Assembly: GCF_001194135.2 (NCBI RefSeq)
Contig: NC_069007.1
Location: 1,264,274-1,328,273, forward strand
Reading direction: 5' to 3'
From: Octopus bimaculoides
Taxonomy: Eukaryota
DNA length: 64,000 bases
Shown: positions 1-14,334 of the stretch, piece after piece
Numbering within the stretch: the first letter of the stretch is position 1
How the letters are laid out: every line of letters begins with the position of its first letter
Made by a program: the position numbers and the translations under genes
The notes under the pieces: generated by a model
Database searches by the model: none
What the model was told of the DNA's origin: nothing
What the model saw: the letters and a program-made list of their open reading frames with translations, nothing else

Positions 1-79
1 AAAAAGTCGCAAAGACTGAAACCGGTACAAAACTGTGTTCTTCAAGATAAAATTGTTTTAGCAATATTCTACCTTATCT

Positions 80-122
<43 letters not shown>

Positions 123-149
123 AGACAGAGAGAGAGGAAGAAGTCTCCT

Positions 150-290
150 AGTACATTACTGGTATTTAATGTATCGCCTATAAAGCAGTAAAATTAAACT
201 CCACTTGTGCGAGATTCGAACGGAAACAGAAGAGCGCTGGAGCAAGCGCATAATTGATATTATGCGATGCTGCCAATTCCCACCCAATAC
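150..290 (-). mobile_element. Degenerate tRNA-derived SINE fragment (window family B)
   Basis: Similar to the copies at 62060-62262, 62445-62580 and 62633-62805 (ctggta-ttt-atcg ... gattcgaac ... ctgccaattcc). Confidence 0.5.
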
Positions 291-1730
291 AAAAACGAAA
301 CGCAACATAGATGTTACGTATTTATATAACTCATTAAATTACCTCTGTGGAGTTTTCTTGTTTGGTCGAGGGCAAGCTGTTACGGAGATGCCTGTTATTC
401 AAAGGATTTCCAGCCGTGACAATTCAGCCGTGACAATAAATCATAAATCGATAATTACAGTGTTCGGCACCTTTCATCTTTTACGTGTTTCTGTTATTTG
501 ATTGAGGCCATGCTGAAGCACTTCTTTGATGGGATTCAGTCAGACAAATTACTTGAAGTATTCATTCCATCGGTGTGGTTTGACTAACTGCTATTTTATG
601 CGAAGGTAAAGAAACTACTATACTGTGTAGTCGACAAACTCAAAACAGAAAAATGCGTATGCGCAAATTTAAGGATATAAAATGGCAACAATCTACCTAT
701 CACACCCTGTATCTATCTATCTATCTATCTATCCATATATACTGACACACATACATGCGCTCACACATTTTTCCATACACATCCACGAACACATGGTTAT
801 ATAAATATATATATGTACTTTTGATTGTGTTCGTCTATTTGTGTTTTTGTGTGGGCGTCTGCGTGTATATGTATGCACATGCATGTACGTATGTGTGCAT
901 GCGTGTATTTTACGAGGGCGTTCTCGCGTGGGTTCCCTACTACGTGTTAATGAGTGCGTGTGTGGATATGAAATGCTAATGCTAGGTTTCGTCGAAAGCA
1001 CGTTTGACGTTGAGCGTAAATGAGATGTCACTCCGTTATTTAATGTTTAATTACATTACAATTATCGAAACAAAACGAATTTGTGAATGACACTTAATAG
1101 AATCTATTTCCTAATGCCTGTAGAAAAATAATAAATGAAAATAAATAAAAAATACCAGAAGTAAAATATAAAAACAAGTTGTTTTAATTATTTCATAGAA
1201 AATAAATTATTTCCATATTTAAATCAAATTTTCTTTCGTTTTCTCTCACTGCTTTTCTTGAAATATTTCAAACAACCATTCTTTCTCCTGTGTCTGTCAT
1301 TCTGGCGCAATTTATTGCGCAAAGATCAATTTGTAATGGTTTGGGACGAATGTGTTTTAATGGTTGCGGTTACGATGCAAATGAAGACGGCGGGGGCGTT
1401 GTCGTTGGTTGTGTTGCTGGTATATTTTGTTGTTGTTGCTGTTGTTGTTGGTGGTGGTGATGGTGGGGGCGCGTGTGGAGTGTTACTGGTGGTGAACTCG
1501 ATGTGACGATTGTGATGATGATGATGAGTAGGACGAGAAGGTTGGACACGATGATGAGCCGAGGATTGTGATAATGTCGACGTTGATGATGGTAGTAGGA
1601 TTGGCGGTAATGTCGATGTTATTATTCATGACAATGATGTTGCTGTTGTTGATGATGATGATGATGATAATGATGATGACGACGACGTTGATGATAAAAA
1701 CGTTGATGATGGTGACGACCACGACGACAC

Positions 1731-1890
1731 ACATAGACACAAGCACAAAGTCATACACACACATACACACAAGCACAAAGTCATACACACACATAGACAC
1801 AAGCCCAAAGTCATACACTCACATACACACAAGCACAAAGTCATACACACACATAGACACAAGCAAAAGGTCATACATACACATACACAC
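1731..1890. repeat. 30-bp minisatellite (acataSacacaagcacaaagtcatacacac), 5.3 copies
   Basis: Units start at 1731, 1761, 1791, 1821, 1851 and 1881; read directly from the sequence. Confidence 0.95.
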
Positions 1891-1924
1891 ACATTCACAC
1901 ACACACTGACAAAAACACGCACAT

Positions 1925-2090
1925 ATTCGAGGGTCTTTTCTCAAATACCGTCCACCAAATCCAAAGGTTTCGGTAGGCGCCGGGTTACAATAGAAGACAC
2001 CTGCCCTCGGTGCCACGCAGTTGGACTGCAGTCAAAACCATTCGACTTGGAACCAAACTTCTTTCCACAGACCAACGCTCGCCTGTCTAT
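1925..2090 (-). mobile_element. SINE family A, 5' part (degenerate)
   Basis: Matches the head half of the fuller copy at 9804-10212 (ccaaatcc...gaagacac-tgccc-ggtgccacgcagt). Confidence 0.7.
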
Positions 2091-2170
2091 ATACGTTCAA
2101 CATCAATACTTATTCCCTGAACAACTCTTTCTGGTTTTAATCTATAAAATAGTCTGGAAAATATTTTGAC

Positions 2171-2204
<34 letters not shown>

Positions 2205-3250
2205 ACACTGAAGGCAATTGTCATTTTCAGAAGATCTTCCGCGTCTTAGATGGTGCTATAGACACAAAAGAGAAAACTACAACCATGAGCTTATGATGGT
2301 GTTCACACTGCAAATGATATCCAGATGCCAACCGATGGTAATCAGACGAACGTCAATGTGCGTCTCCAGAAAAAGAGAGGTCTTCCGGTAGACTCCCGCG
2401 CACACTGATGTTTTATATGTTTGTTTTTGTGTTATGCATTAACGATATTTACGAAGAACCAAAAGTGAAAAATACCAAGAAAAAATATCTCACTAAATAA
2501 TTCTCTGTAGAGACAAAAATAACAATTGAAGATATTGAAAATCATTATCTCCGACTTGCAGACGATTCTTCAGAAGAATAGAAAAACAAAAAAAGCAAAA
2601 CAAACCTATATAATGTGTAAACATTGAGATATTCTAGGTGATATCAGATTATTCAATTATCCGAATATAATCAGTTGTTTTACGGAGACAGAAGCGAAAA
2701 TAGGTAAATGCATGCATACATTTACTGTTCTATTAGATAAAAGTCGTTCTATGCTTTATGCATAGAACTAGTTCAAACAGAAACATTTCGAACAGAGAAA
2801 GTAGTACCATTGACATTGCGCACAGACACGCTTACGCATTCACACGAACGCACACACACACACGCACACAGGAACACGCTGTATATATATGAAAATATAA
2901 ATAGAGATATATGTAGAGAGAGTGGTGTATATGTAATTAGGAATGTTGTGCATTGTTACTTTCAGTTGCCAGAAAACAAACTATATCAATCAATATGTTT
3001 TTTTTTTTTAAAAAGATGTATCCATATTTATATATTTTCAAGATGGAACTGGTAGATGTTTATAGGTTACACCATTATCAATGGAAGTCTTAGAAATTTA
3101 TCAAGATATACTACTTAGATTCAGATATCCTACATACACATATACATACATAAATACATATATATATAAATATATAAAGGGGAGAATATACAAAAAATAA
3201 CAACAGACGAGGACAGGTGGTGTAAATAACAAAAGTATATATTAGTATAA

Positions 3251-3282
<32 letters not shown>

Positions 3283-3513
3283 CATATATATATGTGTGTG
3301 TGTGTGTGTATATATATACGTATGTATGTATGTATGTATGTATGTATATATATGTGTGTGTGTATGTGAGTGTGTGTGCATGTGTGTGTGTGTGTGTGTA
3401 ATGTCATAGGTCGATAAATATCCGCATAGCTAAGTAGTTCCAACCATATGTTGGTTGAAAAAAACATAGTAGTATTAAAAAAATAGTTAACACAAAATAA
3501 CAACAACAACCAC

Positions 3514-3552
<39 letters not shown>

Positions 3553-3928
3553 TAACTTTGAATATGAAAGAAAAAGGAACGTCAAAAAATTGTGAAAAGT
3601 ATGAAAAGAGATGTGATATTAATTCAACAGTTTGCAAACATAGAATCCGATCTATAAAAAACGTGTTTCGTATTTTTGAAGTAATGACATACCATGTTAT
3701 TAAATATACATTTTGAATAAATATATACCTGCCAACTTGTAAGACTTTTTACCGCTTCGTATAAAACCTGTTCCTCGTCGTCATGACCAAATAAATAACT
3801 GTTGCGCATCGCTATTTATAGTAACCACAATCTGAGTTAGAGCTAAATTTGTCTCTTCTAATTTGAACGAAGTTTAAACCAATCAGACTGATGTTTTATT
3901 TTTGATTTGTTTTTGTCCTTATAAAGGA

Positions 3929-4317
3929 TGTTGTTGGCACTCCGTCGTTTACGGCATCGAGGGTTCCAATTGATCCGATCAACAGAACAGCATGCTCATG
4001 AAATTAACGTGCAAGTGGCTGAGCACTCCACAGATACGTGTACCCTTAACGTAGTTCTCGGGGATATTCAGCGTGACACAGAGTGTGACAAGGCTGACCC
4101 TTTGAATTACAGGCACAACAGAAACAGGAAGTGAGAGTGAGAGAAAGTTGTGGTGAAAGAGTACAGCAGGGTTCGCCACCATCCCCTGCCGGAGCCTCGT
4201 GGAGCTTTTAGGTGTTTTCGCTCAATAAACACTCATAACGCCCGCTCTGGGAATCGAAACCGCGATCCTATGACCGCGAGTCCCCTGCCCTAACCTCTGG
4301 GCCACTGCGCCTCCACT
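3929..4317 (-). mobile_element. Near full-length tRNA-derived SINE (family C)
   Basis: The minus strand starts with a tRNA-like head: A-box-like tggcccagaggttagg and B-box-like ggtttcgattccc. The body ends in a (caa)n-like tail. ORFs 3928..4134 and 3979..4182 lie inside it. Confidence 0.85.
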
Positions 4318-5342
4318 TCTAGAGGATATTGTGTGGCTAATCCACAGTTTATCTTTTAACTGTGAAACTACAATTGTATACTTTTAGAACACATATGTAC
4401 CTAAGATCTCGATTTGTCCTGGGAGCATCGAGTGCTTCTCTTAGTTAATTTCCCTTGCAAATGCTTGTCACGTACGTAATTCTTGCATAATATAAATAGC
4501 TACAAGTCTTTCACCTCTCAATGGTCAAGAATCTCATGCAATGCTCAGTAATGACGTTGTTAAAAAACAGAAATGGATTCCATCGATTTACATTTTTATG
4601 GCCACAAATCGAAACTACAGCACCTGCTTTTCAGGTTCAGTTAATAAACTGTAACTACTGAAATCCAATATTCGTAAGTTTACCATAAATATCAATTATT
4701 CACAGGCCATGGAATGTTCTTAGTATTCATAATCCTTGTTGCCAATTCTTGAATTATTATGCAAATTCGGTCAGGCCAATTCACATCTGTCCGTGCTGTA
4801 TCGATGAGTATATTTTAAAAAGAAAACAGCATTAAAGGGGAAGAGAAGTTAACATCGATAGCACAGAAAAGAAAAAAAAATGCTTAACGCCATTTCTTTC
4901 AGCTCTTTATGTGCTGTGTTAAAACCCTGCCGAGGATCTTGCTCGGTGAAATAAGGTTCTGGGGAAGTACTAGTCTAAATGCAATCAACGTGCCCTCTCT
5001 TCTTTTCTATTGCTTGACACATGCAAAAGAACGGCGTCCCGTTCAAGGGAGAATATTGTGATCTAGATCATTTGTACGTAGGGAAATCCGGTTAACCAGA
5101 TTAATACGCCCTGGTGTTTCAGAAAATAATAATAATAATAATAAAAATTTAGATAGAACTGTACAGTATTACTCAAAGTAAATATTTAAAATAATGTAAT
5201 CATTATGTATGTCAATGATACTGTGATGCACAAAGATATTATTTTAACGAGAAAAGTGACTCTTTTATTATTGGAAATAATGAAATCTAAACTAATTTTA
5301 TTGACACTAACTGTCTCACTATTTCTGTATCCTTATGTTTTC

Positions 5343-5435
5343 TCCCCCTATCGCTTTGAAACCGGTGTTCGATTTACGTCCCTCTTACTGTGCGTTTCGA
5401 TAAAAGAGAGGCCGATCGAATCAGTCCCAGACCTA
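5343..5435 (+). mobile_element. SINE family A, 3' part (degenerate)
   Basis: Similar to 44785-44932 (atcgctt-ga-aaccg...tttacgtccc...aaagaga-ccgat-gaat-agt). Confidence 0.6.
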
Positions 5436-5649
5436 GAAGACAAAGTTTGACTGAACCCCGTTCAGGTTATGATAAAAGGCGGATTTCTTTAGTGAATAGT
5501 TTCTTGGCAGTTTCTAAATATAAACAGTTACCATTACTTTTATTGTCCACGGACTGATCTTTAAAACCTGAAAATGGAATAGCAGTCATTCGTTAGTCAT
5601 GCTGGAATTAGTGCTCTTTAAACGTATACAAATGATTAACAGACTTCTT

Positions 5650-5795
5650 TCAGCCTCCGTCTTCCAAAGCCGCTCACAAGTATTTGCTCCGCTTAGGGTT
5701 ACAGTAGAAATCACACGCTTAAGGTGCAGCGCAGTGGGGATGAACTCGGAAACATGCGGTTGGCAAGCAAGCATCTTACCACAAAGCCACACCCA
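5650..5795 (-). mobile_element. SINE family A, 5' part (degenerate)
   Basis: aaggtgcagcgcagtggggatgaactcggaaacatgcggttggcaagcaagcatcttaccacaaagccac parallels 10130-10205. Confidence 0.7.
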
Positions 5796-6595
5796 CTTTG
5801 TTACGATAAAGATAATTCAGTCGACTGACGTAGGAAAGCAGCGTGAGAATATATAAGGAAAAATAATTTTCAAGCCCAAAAATTTGCTTCGAATGTTTGA
5901 AAGGTTGTTGGAAAACCATTTGAGTATGTATCATCCGTGCATGGACTGTATTGCATGAAATTGTGCAGCATTATCAGCGGCACTCCAGTCATGACCTACC
6001 TGGTCAATTTATTAGTATCCAGTGCTATTACACAGTAAATACCAGCATGTTTAGGATTTGTTTTGATTTGTTAACCGAGATATACGTAAAGATTTTTTTT
6101 CTAGCAAGACTAGAATCCATGTAGAAGCTGCTATAGTTGGTTCATCATTTCCGTATGGAGGTCTTTACTCTCTTTCATAACATTTCTATTTGCAGTATAT
6201 ATTTCCAATATATACACTTAAAAAAATAAAAAGAACTTGCGGTATCCTTATTAATGGCGTAGTGTGCCTTTGCTCACAAATGATTTATATTTGATAAGCA
6301 TATATGACAGAACAACCCAGTATACATACATTCATACTTACATTCATACATACATACGTACGTACGTACGTTCGTACTTATGTACGTACGTAGGTACGTA
6401 TGTATGTGTATTCTTGATGATGTCTAGCTTTAGCCAAAGAGAATATATCTAACATGTAATTTGATATTTCACTCGCATACTGAATATTTTCACTAACATA
6501 CTGACTGTTAAATAAAGCCATATGAAGTACGCCTCTTTACTTCTCCACCATTTTTGCTTTTTCTCTCTATCTCAGTTTATCGTCTCTCTTTCTCT

Positions 6596-6627
<32 letters not shown>

Positions 6628-7268
6628 TGCGTACAAAGAAAGAGGGAGAGATGGAGGGAATGATATATGCAACTACATAGTCATATCTCTTTTATTTAAG
6701 TTTCAATACATACTCACACATGCACACGAACAAAGAGGTACACACAGACACACTTACTCCCATGCTTGCCCCTATCATACGCGTTAGTTCCTGTCACTTT
6801 GTAAGCGCTAACTTTATCGTCTCAGCAAATGAGATCTATTTACATGTTAGTAGAATATCGTATATTTATCTAATAGTATGTTTTGGGATATTGCTAGCCG
6901 TGAACATTTTTCTAACGCGACAGATGTAAAGAAATTACGAGTTTCTGTCCAAATTTATATTCAAGGCAATATATATTCTTCATACTTATTATCTATTTGT
7001 AGATGTATTCGCCAATGCATATATTTATGAATGCACTTATATATGTAGATATATATATGAATGCAGACATATTATATATTTACATACATAAATACATATC
7101 AATATAAATATATGTATATATGTGTGTGTATTACATTATATATATATATGTATATATATATATGTATATATGTGTGTGTATTACATTATATATATATATA
7201 TGTATATATGTGTGTGTATGTGTGTGTATTACATTATATATATATATATATATATATGTGTATTACAT

Positions 7269-7299
<31 letters not shown>

Positions 7300-8132
7300 G
7301 TATATATAAACACACATTATGCATGTATACATACAGATGTATATATGAATACTCACACATACGTATTTAAGTATGTATGTGTGTATAGTTTTGAAGGTAT
7401 GTATGTATATTTGGATATAGCGATATATGTTCAAATAAATGTGAATATGATATATGCATTGAATTCCTGAATCTTTCTATGGATGCGTATAAAAACGAAG
7501 TGTATATAATAAATCTAAAGCCATACAGAGATCGATGAGCGGGTGGCTGGCTGGCTGGTCGGGTGGATGATACGATGGTGTTGGTGAATGGATGAATGGA
7601 GAGAAATACGAATGTCCGGAAGAATGATTGAATGGTCGGCTGGTTGGCTGGTTCCATTAGAAAGAAAGGACTAGACGGATGGCTGTATGGTAGAATGACA
7701 GGAAACGTTGGGTGGAATGAGAACTTCTAGGAAGAATTTTTTTTATTTTATTTTATAAAGTGAAATACGATATACATTTGCTTGCTCCAGCATGGCCGTA
7801 GTCAAATGGCTGGAACAAATAAAAGAATAAAGAATAAACAACAGATATATTTGTACGCACCATTATTTATGGATTTTTTTTCATACACACGTATAGAGTC
7901 AAATTGATGTACGCACAAAAACTACCAGTGAAAAAATAACCCGCTCCACAGACTTCATAGTGCTTGTATTTATTTGTATTCACAGACGACTGAGAATTCA
8001 CATTACGTAATATTTCATAGAATCTAGAACCAAGTTTGCAAATAATTGCGAGTGATTTTTCAACTCATAACAACTCGCTCCACTCACATACGCTCATCTT
8101 GTTTACATCATAAAATACTATGAAACTTTGAG

Positions 8133-8650
8133 CGGCGTAGGCGTGACTGGGCGGTCAGAGGTTTCGTTTTCAACGACATCGTTCCGAGTTCTATCGCACG
8201 ACTTGGCCGTTTGGGCAAGCGACTTTTACGACAGCCCGAAAACACTCAGTGGGTTTGGTAGAGGAAAACTGATAGGAGCCTGTCGTATATCATACATTTA
8301 TTCTCTTCCCTGCTTCAGTCATTTGAATGCGGACATGCTGGAGCACTGCGTTAAAGAGTTTTAGTTTGAGAAATCAACTCTAGGACTTATTTATTGTACG
8401 CCTTAGTATTTATTTTATCAGCAGTGATTGTTAATCGATTGTGTGTGTGTTAGTGGGACAAGTATAGATACACCCACATACATACATACATATATACCAC
8501 GGGCTTTTTTTCAGTTTCCGTGAACCAAGTCCACTCACAAGGCATCGGTCCGCCCGAGGTTTTAGAATAAGACAGTTGCCCAAGGTGACAAGCAGTGGAA
8601 CTGAACCCGGAACCATGTGGCTGTGAAGCAAACTCCTTACTATACGGCCT
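8133..8650. mobile_element. Cluster of SINE family A pieces in both orientations (head +, 8133-8290; tail -, 8300-8420; head -, 8495-8650)
   Basis: Each segment is similar to part of 9804-10212. Confidence 0.7.
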
Positions 8651-9750
8651 ATATATATATATATATATATATATNNNNNNNNNNNNNNNNNNNNNNNNNN
8701 NNNNNNNNNNNNNNNNNNNNNNNNNNNNNNNNNNNNNNNNNNNNNNNNNNNNNNNNNNNNNNNNATTGTCCTCTGTACACAGAAATACGCACGCACGCAC
8801 GCACACAGACACAGTTTGGGCAAAATAATCTTCGTTTCATTATTTAGAGAACACAACGTACTACATGAAGTTTTTTCGTTTTTATTGGTAATATTATTTC
8901 TCGATAAATCATTAGAAACCTTATATTCCATTCCTTATAAACACCCTATTTTATCGATTTTTGTATTATTTTCTTCTATTCTTCTTTTTCTCATTTTACG
9001 ATGTTCTTCAAATTTTTGTCGATTTCATTCACCAATCTTTTCGAGGGTTTTTGTAGATTTTAGACTGTATTTCCTTTTGCCATTTTGGGAAAAAAGTTCC
9101 CATGGTTTTATTCTCTGGTGGGTATCTCTATCTTAATCCATATTTCAGTTCCTTAACTTTGCATACACCATTAATTCTGTTGGAAGAGAAGGTCTTTGCA
9201 TTTTTATTCTCTCGACGAGTTCTGTTCTACGCATAAAGCTTCCCATAAAATATAATTGGATCTGCTCAGGTTCTTGGTGGACAAGAACACTAGACTCATG
9301 TTCACAATTTAGCAGACATGCTGTTATGCTTAATAATGCTTCGCAAAAGACGAATTTTATGAATGTGAAAAAACTAACTTTCAAACAATGGAAAGCTGAA
9401 TATAAAATTATTGATTTTAATAACTTTATTAAAAATATTCCTAGAAAATCAACTGGTAATTAAGAATATTAGATTACGCGTCAATTTTATTCCAGTTGTC
9501 AGTCTCGTTGAGACCTCTGCTCGTCTGTTGAGGTTATTCATTAACTTCCACTCGACAAATATTGAGATAATAATGGAAAATAAAACTTGTGTGAAATAAT
9601 TCTTAAATTATCCAAGAAATAAATATTTATTTAAATTTAGACAATTGAAACAATCTCTGTGGATAAGTTCTCCTCTCTGTTTTGTCGCTTAAGAAACGAC
9701 AATTCATTTAAACCCCCTCATACGTTGAAATGAACGGGAGATTCCATGCT

Positions 9751-9794
<44 letters not shown>

Positions 9795-9803
9795 ACAAAC
9801 ACA

Positions 9804-10212
9804 CTCTTTTACTCCTTTAAATGTTTCAGTCATTTGACTGCAGCCATGCTGGAGCACCGCTTTTAGTCGAGCAAATTGACCCAGGACTTATTCTTTGTAA
9901 TCCTAGTACTTATTATATCCGTCTCTTTTGCCGAACCGCTAAGTTACGGGGACGTAAACACACCAGCATCCTTTGTCAAGAGATGTTGGGGTACAAACAC
10001 GGACACACAAACATATACACACACGTACATATATATATATATATATATACGACGGGCTCCTTTCAGTTTACATCGACAGAATCCACTCACAGGCTTTGGT
10101 CGCCCCGAGGCTATAGAAAAAGACATTTGCCCAAGGCATCATGCAGTGGGACTGAACCCGGAACCACGTGATTGGTAAGCAAGCTACTTAGCACACAGCC
10201 ACTCCTGCGCCT
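9804..10212 (-). mobile_element. Full-length SINE family A with an internal (CA)/(TA) microsatellite
   Basis: The minus strand begins aggcgcaggagtggctgtgtgctaagtagcttgcttaccaatcacgtggttccgggttcagtccc (tRNA-like A/B boxes). Many related copies occur in this window. Confidence 0.9.
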
Positions 10213-10736
10213 ATATATATATATATATAAACACATGTATATATACAAACAAACACGGAAGCGTGGATTGGAGTTGGGTTGTTAGAAATGAAAGAACTCC
10301 CGAATGCAGAGTAGCCGTGAAAAGAGCTTAGAACAACAGATGAAATGCTCTCATAGATGGAAATAATCGCCAGGCTTTTTGCTAGAATTGCTGCAGTTTT
10401 AGTAAATGCTTTTCAAATTGTCACAGATTCCCAATGCTGTAGTAAGTGATAGCTATATGATCAGCGTAACTGGGATTTGCAATCGTTTGTGTACGTACGG
10501 TGTTTGTGAGAATTAACTCTCTGAGACTGACAACGACAAATTAATAGATACCGGTCGTTCAGGAAGGGAAAGCGATTCTGTATCATGGTAACATTGCCCA
10601 ATTAGTTTCCTTGTCCGTTATCCGTCTGTTTTCGTTATTTGTTTTCATCATGTATCTAATATCTGCCCAGTCATTATATGTTGCTACGAAGATTCCGTCT
10701 TATAACTCCTTGTCGCACATACGCAGACCCGCAGGA

Positions 10737-10769
<33 letters not shown>

Positions 10770-10793
10770 GACAGATAGGCAGANNNNNNNNNN

Positions 10794-10826
<33 letters not shown>

Positions 10827-10904
10827 GACAGATAGGCAGACAGACAGAGACACACACACACACACACACACACACGTCCTCTCAGTCAGTTTCTTTCGTT
10901 GATA

Positions 10905-11000
10905 ACTCTTTCGTCAGAATTCCTCCGGCATCGACCCTGCATTTCCTCCTTACGGAGTTGATAGATTAAGTACCAGTTAAACACTGGGGTCGATATGACC
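10905..11000 (+). mobile_element. SINE family B fragment
   Basis: gatagattaagtaccagttaaacactggggtcgat is shared with 21660-21725 and 62060-62262. Confidence 0.65.
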
Positions 11001-11806
11001 GAAGCACCGTAACGCACCTGATATCGCTGACTTTGCACCAAGATTTGAAACCAATATCTATTTCTTCGGCTTCTCCTTGACACTTGTTTCTATCCTACAT
11101 CTCACATCTCATCTCTTCCTCTTCCTTTTCCTGTGACTGCAAAGATATCCTATCACTCTCTCTCTCTCTGTCTCTCTGTCTCTCTCTCTCTGTCTCTCTC
11201 TTTCTTGCTCTGTTTCTATTTCTCTCTCTTTAAATCTGACTGCCTGTCTGTCTACATATCTTACCCGCAAGCCTTTCCCTATCTCCGTAATTTATTTGTC
11301 TAACCTTCCCTTCTCTATCTCTATCCATCTCCCTCTCCGCTCGTCTCTGTATTTTCCTTCCTCTCCTCACACCTCTGTCTCATTTTTCTAAACAAATGCT
11401 GTGATAAGTTATGCCTCTATGGACAAAACATAGATTAGAATCACAAAGTGCAGACATTATAATTCTTCAACTCAATTTCATCACAATTGCCTTTCAAGGA
11501 GCCATGAACCTCTCAGTCTGTATAGCTATATTCAAACAAATTTCACACAATATGTTGTTATTTTATTACGAAATTCTAGTAATCTATCTGCATCATCTCA
11601 ACAGTGAAATAAATTCTCCTTTAATTAAAGAAAGAAACAAATAAACAAGAACAAAACAGCGATCGCCGAAGAGCGATTGATAATTTCGATTTGTTTTGAA
11701 AACCGTTTCAATTATTTCCAACTGTGCGACCAATCAGATATTTCATTAAAATTTACAACTATGAAGTCCGATTTTATTATTTGCTTTTTTTAAGAAAAAA
11801 ATGCAA

Positions 11807-11837
<31 letters not shown>

Positions 11838-12175
11838 ATTTCTGCTCAGGAAAAATAAATTTGAAGTTAAACACAAATATCAAACACAACACTACAGCGC
11901 ATAATATTGTTAAACAAATAGAGTAACATAGCCATGAATATATATATACACATATATATAAATCTATGATTCCTTCATAGGGTAACCGCTGCATTTGTTG
12001 AGTATATAAAGAGCTTCGCTACTTGTTTCTCTGGAGATTGTCAACACAATGTAGACGCGTCTGATGAGAACCCAATAAGGTTCGAAAATCGATTAAGGTT
12101 GTTTATGATTTTTTTCAGTCTGCGGAGAAATCACTAAAAATTTGCCCTCTTTGTAATTATACCATATGTTACGTG

Positions 12176-12229
<54 letters not shown>

Positions 12230-14287
12230 GGCATGCGTAAATGCATATGTATGGAAACCTTCACACGCACACACATATTCGTATATGCTTCTGCGAGCGC
12301 CTGACGATCGGCGAGACCTTGTTTACGTAACACAGCAAAATATGAAACCGGTAGAATTAGTACTAGAATTTATAAAGTAAGTACTGAGATTGACTTGTTT
12401 GACTCGATCTCCTAATCACGAGAGGGTCAGCAATTTGAAATACAACACATACATTCCTATAACATATCTATAACACACACATTCCTATAACACTAAAGAT
12501 ATTAAACACTGACACACAAGGCCTGAATACGATCGAAATTTATAGGCTCTTGACATGCTAAAAATGGCAGCCAAATTTCTGCATGGAACTAAATCTAACC
12601 TACACTTCAACCTATATTTAGTGAATATGAAAATCAATGACTGGGGGTTAACTTTTGACTTTTCATCGTCCCTGTTGGTCTGATTTGAGCCTAAGTTAAG
12701 ACACGAGATGAAGACCAATACACGTTCACAAGAATACAACGAAGTCTTAAGATGGTTGGGCGAAGCAGCTGTGAAATATTCTTCACATCACAAAATTCAC
12801 GACCTAAGGTAGATAATGGGTCTGAAATCAACTGTTTGAATAAAGGACTGTGTGGTCAAGGTTAGCTTTTCGTTATGAATGGGTCACGTCCATTTGGGAT
12901 GATCTAGGTTTAATCGACAGCTATAATATTGCAAAGCAAACGTAAAGGATTTAAAAGCCTGAGGAGAATTTTTGGTATTCAAACGTTATTTGAATTGATG
13001 GTGAAACACAAAATGTCTTTGCAAGAGTAGTAAATACGATAAAGTGATGAAACGTGTCTGAGAAAATCGAAGTTAGAAGAATTTGTACATCTATAAAACC
13101 TCTTATCCCCACACAAACGTTGTTTGAACAAAGAATACCTGAGTTTATTAGCATGAGAGAAGCCCTCACATTGTTTTTGGTGCAAAATGCACGCTTGTTT
13201 ATATCGCTAGCGGGGACACAAATCTCTGCCATCGGTGACATGGAATCAGGCTTTATAAATACACAATAGAGAATGAGAGACAGAATTTCAACGAAGTTGA
13301 GAGATTTGATCCGGAGATTTTAAAAAGGAAAGAGAGTGCAACGATGAAGAAAAATCGAATTGTGAATAATAAATAATTTCTAAGAAAGCTAGACCCAAAT
13401 TTAAAAGGAATAAAAAGCAAGTTCTTCTTCAATGTTAGACCAAACATGGCGTTCATGATGAATTGTTTTATGAAAATTATTGCTGACTAGAAACATAAAT
13501 CTTTTAAAAATAAAACAATTATCTTAAAAATTTATTTACATTTCTCAATGTCTGAGAATTGAAGAAATTATACGAGATGAAGAATTTTCCGATATTTTTG
13601 TTAAAGTAATAAATAAGAATTTATAAAAAAAAGTGTTAGTTGTACACAATGCGATTGTTGAGGAAATCTTGTCTTACAAAATAATTGTGGCAGCTGAGTT
13701 GTCATTCCTGTTAGAACTCTTTTATTTTTCTTTGCAATTACTTCTCCTGTTCAAATATCTGACAACTGAAGGCACACACGCACACACACATAAATAGATA
13801 GAGATATTACAATATATTTATGTATATCATACATACATACATATACATACATATAGGTTGTGTTTGTTCAGATATGTGTGTGTGTGTATACACCTACAGA
13901 AACACACACACAGCCATGTACGCTTACATGTATATACGCGTTCCTTTACCATGATCGGCATTATGAGAATTTCAAAAATTCATGAAGAATCCTATATTTA
14001 ATTATCCTCCAAAATCGAACCGCGTGACTTCTAAGAATTGCATCAATAAATTATCTGGTATCGATCTCAGATAATGAAATGTGCAAGTATAGATTACAAT
14101 TATAGTGTCTCTTTAGAGATGGCGAGAAAAGAAAAGAAACCAGAAACAAATGTATTAGAATCGAAGAATTAAATAAGAATTAGAGACAGTTTTCTCTTTA
14201 TGATGTGATAAAACAACACCACGGCATGTCAGCTGGTGAAGCAGCAAGAACATATTCACTTGATGTTTTATTGATCTCATGTATATT

Positions 14288-14334
<47 letters not shown>

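Noticed and set aside
1258-1922. Overlapping ORFs rich in M, D, I, S and H
   Set aside because: (GAT)n/(GTT)n low-complexity sequence plus the 30-bp minisatellite; several frames are open simply because of composition.
4245-4317. tRNA-like sequence (also at 10130-10212 and 40615-40680)
   Set aside because: These are SINE heads: they continue into SINE bodies and I could not fold a complete cloverleaf with an acceptor stem.
8830-9640. ORF 9145..9384 and neighbouring broken frames
   Set aside because: No good donor and stop-riddled flanks. It may be a decayed Penelope N-terminal region, but I found no diagnostic motif.
12960-13560. Possible zinc-knuckle (CFWCK...GH) LINE ORF1 relic
   Set aside because: The CCHC spacing is wrong and interrupted by stops, so it cannot be supported.
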